Shown piece by piece: positions 53,965 to 64,000 of a DNA stretch of 64,000 nt. Position 1 is the first letter of the stretch; every line of letters begins with the position of its first letter. Source of the stretch: Auanema rhodensis (Eukaryota > Animalia > Nematoda); NCBI GenBank assembly GCA_964057225.1, contig CAXKVF010000094.1:62001-126000 (forward strand). Direction: 5' to 3'. Under the pieces are notes generated by a model, which saw nothing but the letters and a program-made list of their open reading frames with translations, was not told the DNA's origin and did no database searches. A program made the translations under genes and the position numbers.

Positions 53965-53971
53965 CGTTCAA

Positions 53972-56900
53972 ACGTGTACATTTAATTAGCATAAATTAAA
54001 GTTCACGTAAATTTCAAAGTCATGGTTACCATGAACCAATATCAATAAAAATTTGTTTTTAGACTAATATGGACATGGGGAATCTAATTTTGAAAACCGC
54101 ATCTCTTTATCTTTCACGTGAAGCGAGTTACATACCAAGTGCACATCACGTGTACATTTAATTAGCATAAATTAAAGTTCACGTAAAATTCAAAGTCATG
54201 GTTACCATGCACCAATATCAATAAAAATTTGTTTTTAGACTAATATGGACATTGGGAATCTAATTTTGAAAACCGCATCTCTTTATCTTTTACGTGAAGC
54301 GAGTTACATACCAAGTGCACATCACGTGTACATTTAATTAGCATAAATTAAAGTTCACGTAAATTTCAAAGTCATGGTTACCATGCACCAATATCATTAA
54401 AAATTTGTTTTTAGACTAATATGGACATGGGGAATCTAATTTTGAAAACCGCATCTCTTTATCTTTCACGTGAAGCGAGTTACATACCAAGTGCACATCA
54501 CGTGTACATTTAATTAGCATAAATTAAAGTTCACGTAAATTTCAAAGTCATGGTTACCATGAACCAATATCAATAAAAATTTGTTTTTAGACTAATATGG
54601 ACATGGGGAATCTAATTTTGAAAACCGCATCTCTTTATCTTTCACGTGAAGCGAGTTACATACCAAGTGCACATCACGTGTACATTTAATTAGCATAAAT
54701 TAAAGTTCACGTAAATTTCAAAGTCGTGGTTACCATGCACCAATATCAATAAAAATTCGTTTTTAGACTAATATGGACATGGGGAATCTAATTTTGAAAA
54801 CCGCATCTCTTTATCTTTCACGTGAAGCGAGTTACATACCAAGTGCACATCACGTGTACATTTAATTAGCATAAATTAAAGTTCACGTAAATTTCAAAGT
54901 CATGGTTACCATGAACCAATATCAATTAAAATTTGTTTTTAGACTAATATGGACATGGGGAATCTAATTTTGAAAACCGTATCTCTTTATCTTTCACGTG
55001 AAGCGAGTTACATACCAAGTGCACATCACGTGTACATTTAATTAGCATAAATTAAAGTTCACGTAAATTTCAAAGTCATGGTTACCATGAACCAATATCA
55101 ATAAAAATTTGTTTTTAGACTAATATGGACATGGGCAATCTAATTTTGAAAACCGCATCTCTTTATCTTTCACGTGAAGCGAGTTACATACCAAGTGCAC
55201 ATCACGTGTACATTTAATTAGCATAAATTAAAGTTCACGTAAATTTCAAAGTCATGGTTACCATGCACCAATATCAATAAAAATTTGTTTTTAGACTAAT
55301 ATGGACATAGGGAATCTAATTTTGAAAACCGCATCTCTTCATCTTTCACGTGAAGCGAGTTACATACCAAGTGCACATCACGTCTAAATTTAATTAGCAT
55401 AAATTAAAGTTCACGAAAATTTCAAAGTCATGGTTACCATGAACCAATATCAATAAAAATTTGTTTTTAGACTAATATGGACATGGGCAATCTAATTTTG
55501 AAAACCGCATCTCTTTATCTTTCACGTGAAGCGAGTTACATACCAAGTGCACATCACGTGTACATTTAATTAGCATAAATTAAAGTTCACGTAAATTTCA
55601 AAGTCATGGTTACCATGCACCAATATCAATAAAAATTTGTTTTTAGACTAATATGGACATGGGGAATCTAATTTTGAAAACCGCATCTCTTCATCTTTCA
55701 CGTGAAGCGAGTTACATACCAAGTGCACATCACGTGTACATTTAATTAGCATAAATTAAAGTTCACGTAAATTTCAAAGTCATGGTTACCATGAACCAAT
55801 ATCAATAAAAATTTGTTTTTAGACTAATATGGACATGGGGAATCTCATTTTAAAAACCGCATCTCTTTATCTTTCACGTGAAGCGAGTTACATACCAAGT
55901 GCACATCACGTGTACATTTAATTAGCATAAATTAAAGTTCACGTAAATTTCAAAGTCATGGTTACCATGCACCAATATCAATAAAAATTTGTTTTTAGAC
56001 TAATATGGACATGGGGAATCTAATTTTGAAAACCGCATCTCTTTATCTTTCACGTGAAGCGAGTTACATACCAAGTGCACCTCACGTGTACATTTAATTA
56101 GCATAAATCAAAGTTCACGTAAATTTCAAAGTCATGGTTACCATGCACCAATATCAATAAAAATTTGTTTTTAGACTAATATGGACATGGGGAATCTAAT
56201 TTTGAAAACCGCATCTCTTTATCTTTCACGTGAAGCGAGTTACATACCAAGTGCACATCACGTGTACATTTAATTAGCATAAATTAAAGTTCACGTAAAT
56301 TTCAAAGTCATGGTTACCATGAACCAATATCAATAAAAATTTGTTTTTAGACAAATATGGACATGGGGAATCTAATTTTGAAAACCGCATCTCTTTATCT
56401 TTCACGTGAAGCGAGTTACATACCAAGTGCACATCACGTGTACATTTAATTAGCATAAATTAAAGTTCACGTAAATTTCAAAGTCATGGTTACCATGCAC
56501 CAATATCAATAAAAATTTGTTTTTAGACTAATATGGACATGGGGAATCTAATTTTGAAAACCGCATCTCTTTATCTTTCACGTGAAGCGAGTTACATACC
56601 AAGTGCACATCACGTGTACATTTAATTAGCATAAATTAAAGTTCACGTAAATTTCAAAGTCATGGTTACCATGCACCAATATCAATAAAAATTTGTTTTT
56701 AGACTAATATGGACATGGGGAATCTAATTTTGAAAACCGCATCTCTTCATCTTTCACGTGAAGCGAGTTACATACCAAGTGCACATCAAGTGTACATTTA
56801 ATTAGCATAAATTAAAGTTCACGTAAATTTCAAAGTCATGGTTACCATGCACCAATATCAATAAAAATTTGTTTTTAGACTAATATGGACATGGGGAATC

Positions 56901-59900
56901 TAATTTTGAAAACCGCATCTCTTTATCTTTCACGTGAAGCGAGTTACATACCAAGTGCACATCACGTGTACATTTAATTAGCATAAATTAAAGTTCACGT
57001 AAATTTCAAAGTCATGGTTACCATGAAGCAATATCAATAAAAATTTGTTTTTAGACTAATATGGAAATGGGGAATCTAATTTTGAAAACCGCATCTCTTT
57101 ATCTTTCACGTGAAGCGAGTTACATACCAAGTGCACATCACGTGTACATTTAATTAGCATAAATTTAAGTTCACGTAAATTTCAAAGTCATGGTTACCAT
57201 GAACCAATATCAATAAAAATTTGTTTTTAGACTAATATGGACATGGGGAATCTAATTTTGAAAACCGCATCTCTTTATCTTTCACGTGAAGCGAGTTACA
57301 TACCAAGTGCACATCACGTGTACATTTAATTAGCATAAATTAAAGTTCACGTAAATTTCAAAGTCATGGTTACCATGCACCAATATCAATAAAAATTTGT
57401 TTTTAGACTAATATGGACATGGGGAATCTAATTTTGAAAACCGCATCTCTTTATCTTTCACGTGAAGCGAGTTACATACCAAGTGCACATCAAGTGTACA
57501 TTTAATTAGCATAAATTAAAGTTCACGTAAATTTCAAAGTCATGGTTACCATGCACCAATATCAATAAAAATTTGTTTTTAGACTAATATGGACATGGGG
57601 AATCTAATTTTGAAAACCGCATCTCTTTATCTTTCACGTGAAGCGAGTTACATACCAAGTGCACATCACGTGTACATTTAATTAGCATAAATTAAAGTTC
57701 ACGTAAATTTCAAAGTCATGGTTACCATGCACCAATATCAATAAAAATTTGTTTTTAGACTAATATGGACATGGGGAATCTAATTTTGAAAACCGCATCT
57801 CCTTATCTTTCACGTGAAGCGAGTTACATACCAAGTGCACATCACGTGTACATTTAATTAGCATAAATTAAAGTTCACGTAAATTTCAAAGTCATGCTTA
57901 CCATGCACCAATATCAATAAAAATTTGTTTTTAGACTAATATGGACATGGGGAATCTAATTTTGAAAACCGCATCTCTTTATCTTTCACGTGAAGCGAGT
58001 TACATACCAAGTGCACATCACGTGTACATTTAATTAGCATAAATTAAAGTTCACGTAAATTTCAAAGTCATGGTTACCATGCACCAATATCAATAAAAAT
58101 TTGTTTTTAGACTAATATGGACATGGGGAATCTAATGTTGAAAACCGCATCTCTTCATCTTTCACGTGAAGCGAGTTACATACCAAGTGCACATCACGTG
58201 TACATTTAATTAGCATAAATTAAAGTTCACGTAAATTTCAAAGTCATGGTTACCATGAAGCAATATCAATAAAAATTTGTTTTTAGACTAATATGGAAAT
58301 GGGGAATCTAATTTTGAAAACCGCATCTCTTCATCTTTCACGTGAAGCGAGTTACATACCAAGTGCACATCACGTGTACATTTAATTAGCATAAATTAAA
58401 GTTCACGTAAATTTCAAAGTCATGGTTACCATGCACCAATATCAATAAAAATTTGTTTTTAGACTAATATGGACATGGGGAATCTAATTTTGAAAACCGC
58501 ATCTCTTCATCTTTCACGTGAAGCGAGTTACATACCAAGTGCACATCACGTGTACATTTAATTAGCATAAATTAAAGTTCACGTAAATTTCAAAGTCATG
58601 GTTACCATGCACCAATATCAATAAAAATTTGTTTTTAGACTAATATGGACATGGGGAATCTAATTTTGAAAACCGCATCTCTTTATCTTTCACGTGAAGC
58701 GAGTTACATACCAAGTGCACATCACGTGTACATTTAATTAGCATAAATTAAAGTTCACGTAAATTTCAAAGTCATGGTTACCATGAACCAATATCAATAA
58801 AAATTTGTTTTTAGACTAATATGGACATGGGGAATCTAATTTTGAAAACCGCATCTCTTTATCTTTCACGTGAAGCGAGTTACATACCAAGTGCACATCA
58901 CGTGTACATTTAATTAGCATAAATTAAAGTTCACGTAAATTTCAAAGTCATGGTTACCATGCACCAATATCAATAAAAATTTGTTTTTAGACTAATATGG
59001 ACATGGGGAATCTAATTTTGAAAACCGCATCTCCTTATCTTTCACGTGAAGCGAGTTACATACCAAGTGCACATCACGTGTACATTTAATTAGCATAAAT
59101 TAAAGTTCACGTAAATTTCAAAGTCATGGTTACCATGCACCAATATCAATAAAAATTTGTTTTTAGACTAATATGGACATGGGGAATCTAATTTTGAAAA
59201 CCGCATCTCTTTATCTTTCACGTGAAGCGAGTTACATACCAAGTGCACATCACGTGTACATTTAATTAGCATAAATTAAAGTTCACGTAAATTTCAAAGT
59301 CATGGTTACCATGCACCAATATCAATAAAAATTTGTTTTTAGACTAATATGGACATGGGGAATCTAATTTTGAAAACCGCATCTCTTCATCTTTCACGTG
59401 AAGCGAGTTACATACCAAGTGCACATCACGTGTACATTTAATTAGCATAAATTAAAGTTCACGTAAATTTCAAAGTCATGGTTACCATGAACCAATATCA
59501 ATAAAAATTTGTTTTTAGACTAATATGGACATGGGGAATCTAATTTTGAAAACCGCATCTCTTTATCTTTCACGTGAAGCGAGTTACATACCAAGTGCAC
59601 ATCACGTGTACATTTAATTAGCATAAATTAAAGTTCACGTAAATTTCAAAGTCATGGTTACCATGCACCAATATCAATAAAAATTTGTTTTTAGACTAAT
59701 ATGGACATGGGAAATCTAATTTTGAAAACCGCATCTCTTTATCTTTCACGTGAAGCGAGTTACATACCAAGTGCACATCACGTGTACATTTAATTTGCAT
59801 AAATTAAAGTTCACGTAAATTTCAAAGTCATGGTTACCATGCACCAATATCAATAAAAATTTGTTTTTAGACTAATATGGACATGGGGAATCTAATTTTG

Positions 59901-62900
59901 AAAACCGCATCTCTTTATCTTTCACGTGAAGCGAGTTACATACCAAGTGCACATCACGTGTACATTTAATTAGCATAAATTAAAGTTCACGTAAATTTCA
60001 AAGTCATGGTTACCATGAACCAATATCAATGAAAATTTGTTTTTAGACTAATATGGACATGGGGAATCTAATTTTGAAAACCGCATCTCTTTATCTTTCA
60101 CGTGAAGCGAGTTACATACCAAGTGCACATCACGTGTACATTTAATTAGCATAAATTAAAGTTCACGTAAATTTCAAAGTCATGGTTACCATGCACCAAT
60201 ATCAATAAAAATTTGTTTTTAGACTAATATGGACATGGGGAATCTAATTTTGAAAACCGCATCTCTTTATCTTTCACGTGAAGCGAGTTACATACCAAGT
60301 GCACATCACGTGTACATTTAATTAGCATAAATTAAAGTTCACGTAAATTTCAAAGTCATGGTTACCATGAACCAATATCAATTAAAATTTGTTTTTAGAC
60401 TAATATGGACATGGACAATCTAATTTTGAAAACCGCATCTCTGTATCTTTCACGTGAAGCGAGTTACATACCAAGTGCACATCACGTGTACATTTAATTA
60501 GCATAAATTAAAGTTCACGTAAATTTCAAAGTCACGGTTACCATGCACCAATATCAATAAAAATTTGTTTTTAGACTAATATGGACATGGGGAATCTAAT
60601 TTTGAAAACCGTATCTCTTTATCTTTCACGTGAAGCGAGTTACATACCAAGTGCACATCACGTGTACATTTAATTAGCATAAATTAAAGTTCACGTAAAT
60701 TTCAAAGTCATGGTTACCATGAACCAATATCAATAACAATTTGTTTTTAGACTAATATGGACATGGGCAATCTAATTTTGAAAACCGCATCTCTTTATCT
60801 TTCACGTGAAGCGAGTTACATACCAAGTGCACATCACGTGTACATTTAATTAGCATAAATTAAAGTTCACGTAAATTTCAAAGTCATGGTTACCATGCAC
60901 CAATATCAATAAAAATTTGTTTTTAGACTAATATGAAAATGGGGAATCTAATTTTGAAAACCGCATCTCTTTATCTTTCACGTGAAGCGAGTTACATACC
61001 AAGTGCACATCACGTGTACATTTAATTAGCATAAATTAAAGTTCACGTAAATTTCAAAGTCATGGTTACCATGCACCAATATCAATAAAAATTTGTTTTT
61101 AGACTAATATGAAAATGGGGAATCTAATTTTGAAAACCGCATCTCTTTATCTTTCACGTGAAGCGAGTTACATACCAAGTGCACATCACGTGTACATTTA
61201 ATTAGCATAAATTAAAGTTCACGTAAATTTCAAAGTCGTGGTTACCATGCACCAATATCAATAAAAATTCGTTTTTAGACTAATATGGACATGGGGAATC
61301 TAATTTTGAAAACCGCATCTCTTTATCTTTCACGTGAAGCGAGTTACATACCAAGTGCACATCACGTGTACATTTAATTAGCATAAATTAAAGTTCACGT
61401 AAATTTCAAAGTCATGGTTACCATGCACCAATATCAATAAAAATTTGTTTTTAGACTAATATGGACATGGGGAATCTAATTTTGAAAACCGCATCTCTTT
61501 ATCTTTCACGTGAAGCGAGTTACATACCAAGTGCACATCACGTGTACATTTAATTAGCATAAATTAAAGTTCACGTAAATTTCAAAGTCATGGTTACCAT
61601 GAACCAATATCAATTAAAATTTGTTTTTAGACTAATATGGACATGGGCAATCTAATTTTGAAAACCGCATCTCTTTATCTTTCACGTGAAGCGAGTTACA
61701 TACCAAGTGCACATCACGTGTACATTTAATTAGCATAAATTAAAGTTCACGTAAATTTCAAAGTCACGGTTACCATGCACCAATATCAATAAAAATTTGT
61801 TTTTAGACTAATATGGACATGGAGAATCTAATTTTGAAAACCGTATCTCTTTATCTTTCACGTGAAGCGAGTTACATACCAAGTGCACATCACGTGTACA
61901 TTTAATTAGCATAAATTAAAGTTCACGTAAATTTCAAAGTCATGGTTACCATGAACCAATATCAATAACAATTTGTTTTTAGACTAATATGGACATGGGC
62001 AATCTAATTTTGAAAACCGCATCTCTTTATCTTTCACGTGAAGCGAGTTACATACCAAGTGCACATCACGTGTACATTTAATTAGCATAAATTAAAGTTC
62101 ACGTAAATTTCAAAGTCATGGTTACCATGCACCAATATCAATAAAAATTTGTTTTTAGACTAATATGGACATGAGGAATCTAATTTTGAAAACCGCATCT
62201 CTTTATCTTTCACGTGAAGCGAGTTACATACCGAGTGCACATCACGTGTACATTTAATTAGCATAAATTAAAGTTCACGTAAATTTCAAAGTCATGGTTA
62301 CCATGCACCAATATCAATAAAAATTTGTTTTTAGACTAATATGGACATGGGGAATCTAATTTTGAAAACCGCATCTCTTCATCTTTCACGTGAAGCGAGT
62401 TACATACCAAGTGCACATCACGTCTAAATTTAATTAGCATAAATTAAAGTTCACGAAAATTTCAAAGTCATGGTTACCATGAACCAATATCAATAAAAAT
62501 TTGTTTTTAGACTAATATGGACATGGGCAATCTAATTTTGAAAACCGCATCTCTTCATCTTTCACGTGAAGCGAGTTACATACCAAGTGCACATCACGTG
62601 TACATTTAATTAGCATAAATTAAAGTTCACGTAAATTTCAAAGTCATGGTTACCATGCACCAATATCAATAAAAATTTGTTTTTAGACTAATATGGACAT
62701 GGGGAATCTAATTTTGAAAACCGCATCTCTTCATCTTTCACGTGAAGCGAGTTACATACCAAGTGCACATCACGTGTACATTTAATTAGCATAAATTAAA
62801 GTTCACGTAAATTTCAAAGTCATGGTTACCATGAACCAATATCAATAAAAATTTGTTTTTAGACTAATATGGACATGGGGAATCTAATGTTGAAAACCGC

Positions 62901-64000
62901 ATCTCTTTATCTTTCACGTGAAGCGAGTTACATACCAAGTGCACATCACGTTTACAATTAATTAGCATAAATTAAAGTTCACGTAAATTTCAAAGTCATG
63001 GTTACCATGAACCAATATCAATAAAAATTTGTTTTTAGACTAATATGGACATGGGGAATCTAATGTTGAAAACCGTATCTCTTTATCTTTCACGTGAAGC
63101 GAGTTACATACCAAGTGCACATCACGTGTACATTTAATTAGCATAAATTAAAGTTCACGTAAATTTCAAAGTCATGGTTACCATGAACCAATATCAATAA
63201 AAATTTGTTTTTAGACTAATATGGACATGGGGAATCAAATTTTGAAAACCGCATCTCTTTATCTTTCACGTGAAGCGAGTTACATACCAAGTGCACATCA
63301 CGTGTACATTTAATCAGCATAAATTAAAGTTCACGTAAATTTCAAAGTCATGGTTACCATGAACCAATATCAATACAAATTTGTTTTTAGACTAATATGG
63401 ACATGGGGAATCTAATTTTGAAAACCGCATCTCTTCATCTTTCACGTGAAGCGAGTTACATACCAAGTGCACATCACGTCTAAATTTAATTAGCATAAAT
63501 TAAAGTTCACGAAAATTTCAAAGTCATGGTTACCATGAACCAATATCAATAAAAATTTGTTTTTAGACTAATATGGACATGGGCAATCTAATTTTGAAAA
63601 CCGCATCTCTTCATCTTTCACGTGAAGCGAGTTACATACCAAGTGCACATCACGTGTACATTTAATTAGCATAAATTAAAGTTCACGTAAATTTCAAAGT
63701 CATGGTTACCATGCACCAATATCAATAAAAATTTGTTTTTAGACTAATATGGACATGGGGAATCTAATTTTGAAAACCGCATCTCTTCATCTTTCACGTG
63801 AAGCGAGTTACATACCAAGTGCACATCACGTGTACATTTAATTAGCATAAATTAAAGTTCACGTAAATTTCAAAGTCATGGTTACCATGCACCAATATCA
63901 ATAAAAATTTGTTTTTAGACTAATATGGACATGGGGAATCAAATTTTGAAAACCGCATCTCTTTATCTTTCACGTGAAGCGAGTTACATACCAAGTGCAC
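53972..64000. repeat. 176-bp satellite array, right block (~57 monomers, more heterogeneous)
   Basis: Same monomer resumes in phase after the TSD, with visibly more private SNPs. Confidence 0.99.

Larger units (their letters stand above)
50038..53971 (+). mobile_element. 5'-truncated non-LTR retrotransposon, element 2 (related family), including its 5' tandem array
   Basis: Starts within ORF1, has a complete ORF2 and a ~490-nt 3' UTR ending AATAAACCCGTTCAA. 4-bp target-site duplication acgt (50034-50037 and 53972-53975). Confidence 0.95.

Noticed and set aside
56274-56456. 60-aa ORF in the satellite
   Set aside because: Created by one SNP (gactaat to gacaaat) that removes a stop codon in a single monomer.

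Overview
Eukaryotic (probably animal) satellite DNA. About 55 kb of the 64 kb is a very homogeneous head-to-tail 176-bp satellite (~310 monomers, one orientation, palindrome-rich, with local higher-order duplications). It is interrupted by two related but clearly diverged APE-endonuclease/RT non-LTR retrotransposons (CR1/L2-group-like). Element 1 (24708-29971, minus) is full length; element 2 (50038-53971, plus) is 5'-truncated inside ORF1. Main observations: (1) both insertions carry a 5' tandem array of their own terminal 17-19 nt (31 extra copies and 10 copies), with variation concentrated at unit junctions, suggesting telomerase-like reiterative copying during integration; (2) ORF1 of both ends in TCC TTT CGT-stop with ORF2 in the +1 frame, the influenza PA-X-type +1 frameshift motif, and element 2 ORF2 has no AUG before its endonuclease domain; (3) the otherwise diverged 3' UTRs share a ~185-nt block with several compensatory base-pair changes, i.e. 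a conserved structured RNA. No host genes, RNA genes or CRISPR arrays are evident. All comparisons were made by eye.
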